A stretch of 64,000 bases of DNA from Diadema antillarum (Eukaryota). The stretch's first letter is position 1, and each line of letters starts with the position of its first letter. Below, one piece after another: positions 39,397 through 52,730 of the stretch. The notes below the pieces were generated by a model. The model had not been told where the DNA came from. It ran no database searches and worked only from the letters and a program-made list of their open reading frames with translations. Location: positions 1,054,001 to 1,118,000 of the forward strand of contig NW_027271016.1 in assembly GCF_040938485.1 (NCBI RefSeq), given 5' to 3'. The translations under genes and the position numbers were made by a program.

Positions 39397-42300
39397 ATGG
39401 ATAATTTGGAGAGGGGCAGTGCCGCTATAGACTGGTGTGAAAACAACTACGCCATATATCCTGGGATAGCTGAGTTTTACAATACGGTAAGTGATGCTTT
39501 GGATCTTTTTCTTTGTTGGAAAACCTCTGTGGCAACTTTTCCCAGGCTAATGCAGTGGAGCGTGTTCTTATTTTCATGCGGCAGTGATCAGATTTTCACC
39601 TGTCAGTTTGTTTTTGTCTGTCCTTTGGTAAGTTTGATAATGTTCTATTAAAAGCCCAAGAGAAATGGTATCTATCTAATGTACAACTAAATCATATAAT
39701 TTTGTGGACTATTCGTAAACCAGGGTAGGCCCTATACATTGTATGTATGCATCTTTAGCAGATTTTCAAAATACTGTTCATATTCAGTAAGTTATGTAAA
39801 ATATTAGCTTGTGTTGTATTCTTGTACGCTGTCCACTTTTGCTCTGTGTTCCTTGTTTTCTCTTTTCTGACTTGCTGTACCACTCCTACCAGTGAAAAAA
39901 GTGCCCTTTTAGCTTTATTGACGGAGGCAGATTTTGCATTATCAGTTTTTTAAAGCATACATGTATACTGACTGTGAGAGCAAGAGGCTACACAGTGTAA
40001 AATGTTACAGTCATTGGTCCAATCTGTGAAAGTGGCACTGTAGCTTTGTTTTGCACACGCAGTAAATCATTTTACATTTCTATACTGGTCTAAATACAAA
40101 TATGTTTTTATTCGTCTGTGTTTATTATTATTTTTGCAGGGGTGGTGGGGGGGGGGGGAGGATCGTGTTTCTAAGGAAATGTAGGCATCTCTTAGCCTCT
40201 TGTATATTAGTGTACAAATGTATGCTTATGAATGCCATTTTTTGAAGATTTGCTAAAACTCCACACCATCCTGAAATAATTATGATGCATACCTCATGAA
40301 GGTGCTTGATGAATTAGTTTTCCAATTAAAGATAACAATAAAAGAGTTGACATTTCTGACAGGCTTAATATAATTATTCATTTTCGACTACTGAATTGAA
40401 ATATATTTACTGTATAAACAAACCTAGAACATAGCTTTCCCTGGAAAAAAAGCCAGTTGAGGGTGAGTGAGAAACCAATGACTGAGTATTGATCTTTACA
40501 TGCTGTGATGATAAATCGTTACCCCTGTGCCGCCTGTATGGCTACATATCAAAATACAAACATATGGTGAGAATTATATCTCCGAGGGAATTGATTTTTG
40601 TGATACAGAAGGAGTAATATTTGTAATGTAAGGAGAGCAAGTACGAATACACATGTAGGCCCTATGTATAGAATGACACAAATGTTGATAAATCTTTGAA
40701 AATAAATAAAGCTGAAAGCTACTGCAATCTGTTCTCAAACCCCTGTATGATATCCCTTCTTAGTCAAATTTGAACGATTGGTGTGATATAATTGCGCAGT
40801 GCTGCTGTAGACTACAAGGCCGTGTTTATGCTTCCCCTTTTCAGGCCAGAATCAGCGTTTTGAAAGGTTATTAGTGCAAAATGCCGTTGCGTTCATGCTC
40901 ACTTCGACAGAAACGCTGATTCAAAACGCCAATCCAAAATGCACAAAAAGATGCGTTTACGATCGGCGTTTCTGACTAATCACGTTTGATGCGGAAGCAT
41001 AAACGCAACAGCGTTTCTAAACGTGTTTAGAGTGACGTCATGTAAACGCCTTTCCGGTTCACGTGAAAAAGCACGCGCCCGGCCAGCCAGCTACCCTGGC
41101 CTGTGTAGTTTTCCCATGTACTGGGCATACGCATTTCTTTCCCAGCTGCTCTCCCAGGCCAGGCCACCGATCGCAGCACGCCCCCCCAATTTGACCTGCG
41201 TCTGCTGAGGTCAGCGAAGCAATCGCAAACGCTCTTTCCAAGGCTCGAAGAAAGTGAGCATAAACAGTGCTCCCATGAACGGCGTTTTGAATCAGCGTTA
41301 TGAATCAGCGTTTCAAAACGCTGCTTCTGCCTTCGCAAATTGAGCATAAACACACCCTAATGTAGATTAGGGAGGCAGACGCAACTCCTAGAATAGATCC
41401 AATCACTTACAGTACTTGTGATGTCTTAATAGTTCAATATAAATTTCTTCATAAGTGTTTCCTCACGTACAAAAGTCTGTCGCAGATAAAGCTACCCATA
41501 CTTGCTATGTAGAAAACAAAAGCAATGTTTGTATAAATATGATTAACGGTCTGGAAACAAGAAATCTGCCGTTATTCGTGAGGCCTAGGAAATCATTAAT
41601 AACAGTCTCACATAATACAGTATGTGGTGTATACCCGGGGTACATACATCATGTAATNNNNNNNNNNNNNNNNNNNNNNNNNNNNNNNNNNNNNNNNNNN
41701 NNNNNNNNNNNNNNNNNNNNNNNNNNNNNNNNNNNNNNNNNNNNNNNNNNNNNNNNNNNNNNNNNNNNNNNNNNNNNNNNNNNNNCTGGCAGATGTATGT
41801 ATTTAGAGTGTTTGAATTCTTTTACCCTCATAGTTTTACCCCGGAGGCTCTTATGAGAAACCACCACTGACAGTAAACTTACATTGTATACAAGTGTTGG
41901 GGTTTTCCCCCTTTTCCATGGATACTATGTATGTGTGAAGGAATTTACTTCTTCATACAGTGTAAATGATTATGGAGTGTATTTTTGTCCTTCAACGTAC
42001 TGTATCATGCCCACATGTGAAAATGTTGCTTGTTTGCATTGAAGTGCAATGCATAATGTTTAAACTAAAGGAAGGGTGCTACACATGCAATATTAATCAA
42101 TTGACCCCCATGAGATGGTCATGTGATGCACGAGATATGGATGTCACATGAACAGTTAAAGTAAAATCATGGGTATAACTTTTTACATGTTTGTCAAATC
42201 CTGCTTAAATCTTTACTCAGGCATCCCATGTTTGCTTGAGTTTGATCAACTCATAGATTCAGAGCTCTGGCTCTACATAAGGCCTACTGAATGCTTTTGG

Positions 42301-45300
42301 CGAAGAATGTGTGAATGGACTTTTATCCCATATCAACCCAGATACGGGATATCCTATAGTTTGCACAACCCCCGCAGAGGCCACATGGGATAGCCTGTAG
42401 TGTAGGTGAAAAAGCAGCGATGCAGCTGTTCAACTTTGTTGAATGCTGTAATCACTGAATATAGATCTTTGATGACAGTGATTCATGATACAATATTGAA
42501 CATGTACAGACATTTTTCTCCTTTATTTAATGATACATAACTTGCCTGTGTTTCATCATTTCTTTGTCAATAGGGAGTACTAGTCATTTTGAAAACTGTT
42601 GGTTTGTATTCGCTCACATGGAAAGGTGGATGGTAACCTGAGGTATTTGTGCATGGCTCTCGCGCTGGCCTGAATTGGGTTAACGGGTTCTTGCTCTCCA
42701 TTGCTAATCTTCTCTCACTCAAACCATCTTGCATCCATTTCCGCATCACAGATCAGCAATGTGCTCTTCTTCGTCATCCCGCCCCTCCTGCTGTACCTTT
42801 TCCGCCAGTACGCCCTCTGGTTCAACTGGCACATCAACATCATGTGGATCCTGCTCATGGTTGTGGGCACCTTCTCTTGTTACTTCCATGCCACCCTCAG
42901 CATGTTTGGCCAGCTGCTGGACGAAGTGGCCATTATCTGGGTCGTCCTCTGTGGGGTGGCCCTCTGGTACCCCCGCAGGTACTACCCTGCCAACATCAGA
43001 GGCAGCAGGTATGACATTCTCTTCCCCTTTGTTCTTGCAACTGTTCTGATTGACAAACTGCCCTATAAAGCACTGAATTGATCAGTGTTTTAGTAGTAGC
43101 CATAATAAAAGAAATCATGGGTGTACGTACTCAAGCAGGATTCGATCCTATGACCTCCTGATCTCCGAACAGGCATCATCTCCACTAGACCACAAAGCTT
43201 CCGCCCGACAGCAAGTGTTGGTTCTAATCCTTACATGTATAGCATGCAGCGGGTACTGTGTAATTATTCAAATTCATGAAATTCTTCTGTCGAGATGTTT
43301 TCATACAACTGATTGACAAATTGCCCTACATCAACATATATTAATTTTTCTTGTAAATTTTTCTTGTTGTTTATTAGAACAGGGTTTTCTTTGTTGGCAT
43401 GAAATAATCACTGAATGTGATAGACTTGTAGCGATGTATGGATCTGTTGAATTTATCCTTTGATGGTTTTCTTTGTTGGCATAAAATAATCACTTTGAAT
43501 ATGACAGGCAGGTAGCGATGGATGGATCTGTTGAATTTACATCCTTTGGTGTGAATTTGTTTTCATGCGATTGTCTGTGGGGGCCAGTAAATCACGCTTG
43601 CAGACATGATTACAATGCAGACATGCGTGTTGATATGGTACTGTTTGTCCTTGAAAGTAACAGAATTTATACAGTTGTACGTCTGTAAAGTGATACATTT
43701 CATTGTTATGTTTTTTTTTTTCCTTTTTTATATCATTCAATGGAACACTTCTTGAATATGTACATGAAGCTTCACCCGATAAACTAGTATTAAAGACGCC
43801 ATAGGATTGTTTCTTTTTTTTAATAGTCTTGATTTGTGAAAGTTCTACAAGCTCCCTGGGTCATAGCGTGGAGTTGAGATCCCTCGGGTCTAGTTTCGAA
43901 TGTATCGTAAAAGTAGGCTTGTAACTGTGGTCCCTTTTCTTCTGTTCTCCTTTGTGTTGTAGGAAGAAGTTCAAGATGATAATGCTGCTATTCACCATTG
44001 CCAGCACCGGTCTGGCCCTCATAAGACCTGCTGTCAACTCCTTTGTCATGATGGCCTTCATCGGTCCTTGTATTGTAGTCCTGGTCTTGGAACTTAGAAG
44101 GTATGACTGTCCTACAAAAGAACTAAGTGAGGAGAAGGGAGAGTCACTGCACTGACTTAAAGCGGATGGCTAGTAACCGAACAGTGAGAATCAGTGGGAA
44201 TGATAGGGGATGATTGTTCCAATCCTTGTGGGATTCATTTAAGAGTACATTATATATCTACTGTTGTGTGAAAATTATTTGCTTCAGAATGATCTTATAT
44301 TCGAGTAATGTGCTGATTAATGTCCCGTCACTGACCAGGCACGCTAACCTGGAAACATTAAACTACACATTACTTGAATATGAGACCATTCTGAAGCAAA
44401 TAATTTTCACACAACAGTAGATATATAATGTACTCTTAAATGAATCCCACAAGGATTGGAACAATCACCCTCCAGCATTCTCACTGATTCCCACTGATCA
44501 GTTACTAGCCATCCCCTTTAATATTAGTTTATTATGCCACTAAATAAACAATGTTTGTACAGTATATCGAGCAGAGTTTAATGTGATTTTTTTTTTCTCA
44601 GCAGATTAATGATTTCTTGTGTATGTTCTAAAAGGTGTTTATTGAAACCCTTTTATAATTATGAGAAGGTGTGATAGGGAATTTAAATAAAATAAGTTTG
44701 TCTTAAGATCACCAGGATGTATTATCTTTATGCAAGAAGACATGAACCCCTGCTACTGTTTGATATGTTTATAAGTATCGAAACTGTTAACCGGGTTAAT
44801 TCAATGGTTAATTGTTTGTGTTTGTTTTTTGAAGTTGATTGGATTTGCTTTATGGTTTATTACAACAGTGGTGGATCGGGGGGGGGGGGGGGGGGGGGGG
44901 GGGCGGAGGGAGCGCACCGGGCGTGCGCTTCCCTTTTATTTTTTGTTAAAACAAAAGAAATGGAAAAAAAAATGGGGGCGCGTGCTCTCCCCCCTTAATT
45001 TTGTAAAGGTGCACCCTCTAAACGGAATTCTTGGATCCGCCCCCTGATTACAACATCATAATAGATCTAGGATACATAGATCTGATGGTGTGATATTTTG
45101 ACCCAACTGCTGAATATCTGTAACAATGTGTAGGACATCCCCACTGTGCTTTGCAAATTGGAACCACCTTTGCTGTACCACTTGTCAAACTAGAAATTTA
45201 ATTTGAAACTGTTTAGATATAAATAGTTTTGGCCCCATAGCCATATGACATTATGACCAAAGATTTTTGTCATTAATATGGATACCTGATGTACTATTAA

Positions 45301-46763
45301 ATACTGCTCCTTGGAATGAGCAATTATAGGGACCCAAACCATATTGTACCAAATAGAAGGTTATACTGTGTGGACATGGTGTGCAGGCACTTGCTTCATG
45401 TGATATTGCTTTGGAATTGGAATTTGGAAATAAATACCGGGTATTGCACAAACTAGATTAGGCAGCAAGAAGTTAAATGAAAGCCTGCAACAAAGTTATA
45501 AGTACTCGTGATAAAGTAATGTGAGTTTGATTTGCTATTGAGGTTGAGAAAGACATATTTCTATACACGCAATATTTTCCTCTAAATCTTTAAGAGGACT
45601 TCTTACCAAAGTCATGCTGGACCTCCTGATTCATTTTATGACATCACATGATTTTGAAGAAAGCACACATTGTACAGTACTTTGTTGTGTTTTATTTGTT
45701 TTTTGTATATCTTTACAAAAACTTAAGCATCAGATAAATAGACAGTGCATTTAATAGTAGCCCCAACCAGTTCTTATGCGAAAAAGAGAAGTGAAAAGCC
45801 AGTTGAAGGATTAGGTCTGGTGGGAGGTTAAGGGTGGGTCTTATAGTGACTCTCCTCCCATGGACATTACCTGTGAATGGCCCCTACCCTCATATTTGGC
45901 TGCACAGCGTGAGAGCCAGCATTTTGTTCCAGTTTGGTCACTTGACCATGTCAGTTGTCAGTTCTGACAGTGAAATTGAAGACTTCCTGAATTTTAGCTT
46001 TAAGTGCAGTAGTAGATAAAGTACCATTACATGTGTTGTGAGAGGTCCAGTGAAAATTGAACTTACTGGTATTTCCCGATCGGTCAAAGGAAAGTATAAA
46101 TGCATTATCATACAAGATGTAGAAGCCTATTTGCTATGTATTTTATGCCACATGTAGAATAACAAGTACATTGTATGTAGGCAACATTCACCAATAGTCC
46201 CTCTTTCTGATTTCACATTTTTATTATCAGGAGCATTACATATCAGGAGGATTAAAATAAAAAACCAGCTGTGAATGTACGTTAGTAATGAGAGAATAGT
46301 TTTAATAAAAAACCAGCTGTGAATGTACGTTAGTAATGAGAGAATAGTTTCATTAAAAGCTTTCAAACATATAGTAAGAGTGCACATATTTTTCATCTGC
46401 TGATCAGTCGAGTGTTGCTTTGTTTTGTTTTGGCTTTAAAACAGAACGGAGTGTCCACGTGTCGCCAAGCTGGGGCGGACGTGCGCCGTGCTGTGGATCG
46501 TGTCGGTCGGCTGCTGGCTCAGCGACCGCTTCCTGTGCGACTTCTGGCAGCGGATGTCGATGCCGTACCTGCACTGCGCCTGGCACATCATGGTCTTCAT
46601 CTCTGCCTACACAGCCTGCGTGCTCTTTGCCTACTTCGACGCCATGAACGAGTGCCCCGAGATGGGGCCCGTCCTGCGCTACTGGCCCAAGGACTCGTGG
46701 GTGAATGCAGGCATTCCCTACGTCACCCTTCGCTGCGCGGGAAGCAAGCCGGCTGGTGACTAA
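39397..46763 (+). CDS. ACER2: Alkaline ceramidase (ACER1/ACER2 type, CREST superfamily), 267 aa, join(39397..39486, 42752..43008, 43963..44100, 46445..46763)
   Basis: Family motifs are present: DWCENNY...IAEFYNT|ISNVLFF, the SCYFHATL His motif, LDE, WYPRRY, CWLSDR, YLHCAWH (HxxxH) and GIPYV. Phases 0, 2, 2 join in frame, with donors GTAAGT, GTATGA and GTATGA. Intron 1 contains an N gap. Confidence 0.94.
40818..41357. mobile_element. PIF/Harbinger-like MITE in ACER intron 1
   Basis: TIR GGCCGTGTTTATGCT / AGCATAAACACACCC with flanks CAA and TAA. Multiple subterminal AAACGC/CAGCGTTT motifs are present. Confidence 0.75.
41658..41785. other. Assembly gap (128 N) in ACER intron 1
   Basis: Run of N characters. 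Confidence 0.99.
43131..43202 (-). mobile_element. tRNA-derived SINE-like head / tRNA pseudogene (tRNA-Pro-like)
   Basis: The minus strand reads GGAAGCTTTGTGGTCTAGTGGAGATGATGCCTGTTCGGAGATCAGGAGGTCATAGGATCGAATCCTGCTTGAG, with A-box TGGTCTAGTGG and B-box GGATCGAATCC. The acceptor stem is not intact. Confidence 0.6.
43382..43550. repeat. Diverged tandem duplication, 2 x about 83 bp
   Basis: GGTTTTCTTTGTTGGCAT...GTAGCGATG..TGGATCTGTTGAATTTA occurs twice in succession. Confidence 0.8.
44161..44517. mobile_element. TTAA-flanked MITE with about 85-bp TIRs, 60 bp downstream of ACER exon 3
   Basis: TTAA|AGCGGATGGCTAGTAAC...GTTACTAGCCATCCCCT|TTAA. The TIR continues through GATTGTTCCAATCCTTGTGGGATTCATTTAAGAGTACATT. 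Confidence 0.85.
44866..45045. mobile_element. CAG(G/T)GGCGGATC-type short element with poly-G core
   Basis: CAGTGGTGGATC...GGATCCGCCCCTG flanked by a 7-bp direct repeat ATTACAA. A relative lies at about 18526-18649 (CAGGGGCGGATCCAGG...GAATCCGCCACTG). Confidence 0.7.
46258..46352. repeat. Tandem duplication, 2 x 48 bp
   Basis: AAAACCAGCTGTGAATGTACGTTAGTAATGAGAGAATAGTTT begins at 46261 and again at 46309. Confidence 0.9.
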
Positions 46764-47591
46764 GCAACCTCGCGACAAAAATGCCAAAATGGAATGCTGC
46801 AGGCAAAGGCTGATCAAGAAGGACAGGAGACCCATTTCGAAGTATACAGAAAAAAAATGAGAATGTATAATTTGCTGTGCAACAGTAATTTGATGTAGAG
46901 GTCAAAATCCCATCCCTTGTGAAGTGATTGATCAACGAAAGAAATAATCACTTGGCAAACACTGTCAGCATATTTACAATGCCCGATCAAAGAGTACTTG
47001 CATCGTGATGTTTGCTTTAGCATAATAGCGCCAGTGCAGTCTTCCTTGCTATTTTGATACTTCAGCAGAATGTCTTTGAATTGCGTGCACACACAACTCT
47101 GACTGTGTGTAAATAGTTGATGAAGAACCGTAACAAGCATTGTTTCTCAGAAAATAAATGCTTCTGTTTACACACTTGTGGATTCAATCACGTAGTGTCG
47201 CATCACATAATTGAATGGTGATTACCCGTATGTGTGATCTTGGTATTTGATTTGCATTTTTCACTTGTAAAAGGCCAGTTAAATAGTGTATTCAACTTTA
47301 TGAATATCTTTTCTCTTAGGACCTGATAGCAATCTATTCCATCCACTCATTCATAATCATACTCAATGCATATCAAGAATTGAAATTCACTTGACAATTT
47401 TAGTTCCTGCTGTGTCAGGCTAACCTCAAGCAAGCCTCTGGCAAACTTATCAGGAAAAGTTTTTGTTACAAAGGTATGCATGAAATATGTAGACGTCATG
47501 GACTGCTCTTTTGTAATCATGTTACGAACTTGCACAGAAACAAACAAAAAGCTACTGAGGTACTATCAATTTGATAACTGACATCTCAATA

Positions 47592-47780
47592 CTGTATACG
47601 TTGTTATTTTCGCGGGTGAGGAGGTCATAGACATTTTCGCGAGATGTTATTTTCGGGAACTGACGCCGACGCTAACGTAAATGCGCTATTACCCTAGTGC
47701 ATGGAGATATATTTCGCGTGTTGTTAAATTCGCGATCCAACTGAGATTCGCGAAATTCGCGAAAATAACAGCTTATACAG
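47592..47780. mobile_element. TA-flanked MITE with CTGTA...TACAG ends
   Basis: TA|CTGTATACGTTGTTATTTTCGCG...CGCGAAAATAACAGCTTATACAG|TA, with internal TTCGCG/CGCGAA repeats. Confidence 0.75.
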
Positions 47781-49166
47781 TATATGTATTGTACGTAGTA
47801 TGCTGGCTGACCAAACAGAGCGTATCATCTATCTTTACTTAAAAACTTGTTCGGTTTTAAAGGGTGTATTTGTTTGAAGCAAGCTATCGTTCATGGTTGA
47901 ACATTCCTCTCTGTATGAAGAACACCTGTCCTGTGTAAATACAAGAATGTAGTGTAAGTCAGTACTATGCAATTATTAGTGTGTCATTTGGCACGATTGA
48001 AGTATGACACTGTCAATTCAAGGAAACGTCACTGTGTGTCAAAGTTCAACTGAACGTCATGATTCCAACCACCAGAAGAGCAAAACTTCAATTGAATTGG
48101 GGAAAAAAAGTAAACAACAAAGTTGTGGCTTCTTGAAGTCTTAAAAAAAATGTTTTTCCCTAAAGAGTGATATTAACAGTCACAATTGCAGACACAAATA
48201 TGCCAAGGGAATGATATTCTTGCCATATTTCTCTCTATTGAATTTATTTGTAAAAAAAAAAGGAAATTAAATCACTGTTTTTGTCAATCATTCATCAGCT
48301 CTCACCCTTTCCCTTTACAAATCATCATTGCTATTAGAATTAGAATTGTAACAGTTGTATAACAATTAAAAAAATATGTATGATGTGAAGAGCATGACTC
48401 CATGTGTTAGCATTGATAAAGTAATTTAGTAAAGATTGTGTGCAAATGAATGGGATGGAAATGTGCTTGGACTTTTTGGTAAAATTTTGAAAAATGGATA
48501 ACTTTGTTACTCTTTTGCCCAAGTTCAATCTTGAAGAATCTTGAAAAATTGACACCATTGCCACCTTTTTTCCCCCAAGTTCGGTGAAGTTTCTCTCTTC
48601 TTGTTTGATCATATATATATATATATATTTTGTGTGTGTGTGTGTGTGTGTATTTCAGTTGTCATTATCGCAGAGGCAAGTTTCCCTGTAAGTTCCCATA
48701 TTTGATATACCTCTCTAGCACCATCACAATCAAGTATTACTCAATTCAATCATCTCAGAAGTTTTTGATATTATGTAAAGTCCTTTAATCCACACCTCTC
48801 TAGTTTCTTTTTAATAGTCACCTCTACTCTGCAGCACAAATTGAAGTCATGCCATAATATGTCGGTGTGTAAAATATCAGTCTCTATTTTTCGCCTGTGT
48901 TATGCATCTCTTCCATTAGTCATTTCCATTTATAGTGTTTAATGGATGATGTGCTAGAATATATGTGTACTGGTATCAGATAATATTTCCAATCTCTTGC
49001 CCACATAGTCATGAAAAGGAAGAATAATGTAGAACTCGATATATGTCCCTTCATGTTCATCTTCAGGGCTTAACTGATTTTTACACGAGTGCAATATGCA
49101 TGCAGTCTGTTACAGAAATACAGATATTGATCACAAGTGATGTTTAAAAAGCTATTCAGGCATTTT

Positions 49167-49197
<31 letters not shown>

Positions 49198-51054
49198 GGG
49201 GGGAGGGGGCGGGGTAGGGCAATGTTGGCAACATGTGGCAAAAGGAGGAGGTTTAAAGCAGTCCTGACCATGATCATGTGGTGGTTGAAGCTTGCATCAT
49301 TGCTGCTTCAACATCCTGTGTGACAGTGCAGTCTGTATTCTGTTTACCGATTAAAGTTTGGGATTAATTTTCTTGGTATTCGATTATCTGCTAGCAGTAA
49401 AACTCAGGTTAGTGTCTGCTAATTTTTTTCATTTGCATATATTTATGTCTTCTGTAATATAATTTGAATTTCAACAAATACCCCTGCTTATTACTTTGTA
49501 TGGTAACCCTTCCAGTAATTTTCAAATCTAAATTCTGTATATTCTGTTCTCAGTGTTTACCTTATGATATTGCTGTCCATAATGATCTTGCCATATTGTG
49601 ATAAAATGAAAACTTGGAAAGCAACAAATAAACAGTATTGGTATGTGGAAGAGATACGAAATGGAAAGGCATGTTTGTTTTGAAGTTCATTTTTCTTGCC
49701 GCAATCAGTAGGAGTAGTAAATGCTGCATGTCGAGTGCAGTGCATTTGTGCAAAACTAGATGTGCAATGCATGCAAACGCCAAGACATGTTTTGCGGTGA
49801 TGTGCAAAATACATTATACACAAACTGTATTTTGTATCATACACACGTGATTGTGATTTTGAGGAGAGGGGTTGGAGTGATGCCACAAGGCAAGATGTGT
49901 ATAAAGAAGACGGCAATTAATTTATACTCACATGGCACATTTGCACGTGGTTACTGTTTTGTTCAGGTGCAATAAGGACTTTTCGATTGGCATGTCCACA
50001 AAGTGGACTGTGACGTGATGATGTCATTTGAAAAAAACTGTGCATGCTTCATGTTCTCTGGCATGTTCAGTACCAGAATTGAGAATGCTTCCACGAAAGA
50101 TTTCATGCTTACAAATTGTGTATCTCAATTTCAGGATGAATCATGTTGTCGGGTGTAAAAATCTGGCTGGGTTGGAGCAGTGCCACGATGATGCGACGTT
50201 CATACGGTGAACATACGTCGACTTAAAAATCAGATTGGGTTTTTAAGTAGGTAGATGTGCCTAGTGGATCCCAGCCACGTGGCATTGCTAGAGAATGAGA
50301 ACTGTGTGCTTGTCTACACAATCAAAAAGTCCCTGATAATCTCTGTAACAGAAGTCCATGGATCAGTTTATAATTACAATAAAAACAATATAAAAGAAAA
50401 AATGTTACTATTGTCATTATTACTGTATTTGGCAGGCTGTGTAGATGTTGTCATGGCAAAGCATGTTATGGCAGCTATTGATGTATATTATGTGTAACAA
50501 AATGACTCATGGTTACCATGTACTGGTGTGTGGTTTTAGCTGTATAAACAGCTGTTAGTGAGCATATTTAGGGTTTGGACATATACTTTGTCCTGTACGT
50601 GTGTCAGCTATTTCGTTTCGGCCCAGCAAAAGTTTCACATTTAATCAAATGTAGAATCATGTCAGCATAACGAGGAATATGCTCCAGCTGTGCATATGGC
50701 AGCTTTGCCAAGGTGACAGATTCGTACATGTATGCATGCATGTCTCAGTGACATGCCGACAACTGTGTAGTAGAAGATACTAGTAGTCAAGTATTTTTTG
50801 ATGTACCTGTTCTCAGATCCTGATTGAATGTTGAAGTAGTTTAAACATCATGTAGTTATCACCACCTGATATGAAGGTTTTGGTGTTAGCTAACACATCA
50901 CGATTTATGCTATCCCAAAAGAGGCTTTCACTAGTCAGGCATTAATTTGCTCACCAATACATCATTTCTCTGGTATATTTTGGACCACTACAATTTCACA
51001 CCCTTGCATGTCATTTCTTCTGATAGTATGAAGGTCTACTCCTTGATAAACCAG

Positions 51055-51171
51055 GGCCCCGTTTTATCAAAAGATATAATCGATTTTAAATTTCCTTAAC
51101 ACACAGGCTGCAGTAGACTAATGATTGAAATCAACTATATAATCAATTATAACTCTTCATAAAACAGGGCC
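51055..51171. mobile_element. CAG-TSD MITE (PIF/Harbinger group)
   Basis: CAG|GGCCCCGTTTTAT...ATAAAACAGGGCC|CAG. Confidence 0.7.
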
Positions 51172-51223
51172 CAGGCCTGCCAACTCTCCCTGTGATTCTG
51201 GAAGATCAATGGCAAATTGATTA

Positions 51224-51464
51224 CTGTATACGCCAAATATTTCGAGAGGTTTTTATTTTCGCGAATTTGGCGAGTCTGGTGCTATTTGCAAAATTAAAGA
51301 CACGCGAAAATATTGACTCTGATCCAAATGTACATTTGACATACGCGTGTACATTTCTCTGTTCAGTTACATGACCCCACGATCACAAATTTAACCACTC
51401 TTGAAATCGTCGGGAATTCCCGCTTCGCGAAAATTTAGACTCGTGAAATATATGGCGTATACAG
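51224..51464. mobile_element. TA-flanked MITE with CTGTA...TACAG ends (related to 47592-47780)
   Basis: TA|CTGTATACGCCAAATATTTCG...CGTGAAATATATGGCGTATACAG|TA. Confidence 0.75.
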
Positions 51465-52344
51465 TATTCTAATGTGTCTTGACAGCACTGTATGATAACC
51501 CCCTGCATTTGGGTATTTAATTTAATAATATCACTGGGTGAGAGATGTATTAACTGTGAGTACACTGTATCTCCAAGAATAGCTTATTAGCAGAGAGAGA
51601 AAAAAAAATGTAAACATGTAATAAAATTGATACATGAATATATCTCTCCCCCCCAACAAAACCTTTTAAGCTTTTCCAGGTTTCAAAAGGTGGCAGTGAC
51701 AAAAGCATAGTGCTGTTATTTGACAGTTTATGCAACTAAGATCACAAAACATGTTTTCATCATGTTCTTTGTATGATATGTATGACTTACATAGGTGAAG
51801 TGCAGCTGAAATCAACTGAGAAAAGTTTTATCATTTCAAAGACAACTCTTCCAGCTCATTTTTGTGTGATGCTAAGTTATTTGTGATCGTTCCATACCTT
51901 CATGTACATCCACTGTGAAATTTGTGATCTCAGAATAGCATTGTATCGTCAGATGGCATTTAGTATTTATGATAGTAAACCATGTATTCTGCTACGCACT
52001 GTATGTACTAGATGGTGAAGTCTTGTTGCTGTGAGTTTATAATGGTGTATGCACTAATCTTGATATGGCACTATGCCAGTGAAAATTATTTACAAGTTCC
52101 AGGAATTGGATGAGTTGTTCTGTTTGTGGTGCAGTGATGATTGATGATTGATAGTAGACTGTAGTAGAGCTATAGCTTTAAGAGGTAGACCTATAGACAC
52201 TCAAGATTTCTTCAAAAGATTTCTGTGTTAGAGTAGAAGCTCATCTGTATTGGAAATTCATCTGAAATTGACATTAAACTTTTGATGTCAACACAAGGTG
52301 ATTACCTCCCAAATTTTCAGTTGTTAACGCTGTAGCCTTCATCT

Positions 52345-52730
52345 GTGGAATTATCCGTCTTTGCCTTGATCATGTGGCGGTTGAAGCAAGTAGAAGTGAA
52401 AGAAAAACTTGACATCAAAAAGGCTCTCTTGAACTGCGGCTATCCTCCGTGGGCCTTTGATAAGATCAGCAAGCCCAAGGAGAAAAAGTCGAACACCATC
52501 ACAGACTCTACTACAATGTACAATTGTACTCCATCAAATGGACAGATTGTACTGCCTAATACATCAAAGGAGTTTCTGATGCTTTGCATAGGAACTTCAA
52601 CAAGTTTGGCATAAGGGTTAACTACGAAACTTCTGAAAGTCTAGGACCAGCTTATCGACCATTATGCGATCAGGGTGTGGAAGGATCATTCCACTGATGA
52701 AAACTGTTGTGTTGACAGCTGAAAATTTCA
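52345..52730 (+). mobile_element. Penelope-like retroelement 3' fragment (degenerate)
   Basis: It reads EKLDIKKALLNCGYPPWAFDKI, then after a frameshift IVLP..IKGVSDALHRNFNKFGIRVNYETSESL. These match the NGYP and LPY..G.S motifs between the RT and GIY-YIG domains of Penelope-like elements. A CTGATGA...GAAA core follows. Confidence 0.7.

Noticed and set aside
41455-41870. ORFs spanning the N run
   Set aside because: Artefacts of translating an assembly gap. A small hidden exon in the gap is unlikely because ACER exons 1 and 2 already join seamlessly (FYNT|ISNV).
43131-43202. Functional tRNA gene
   Set aside because: The acceptor stem does not pair and the anticodon loop is irregular, so it was kept only as a SINE-like or pseudo-tRNA.
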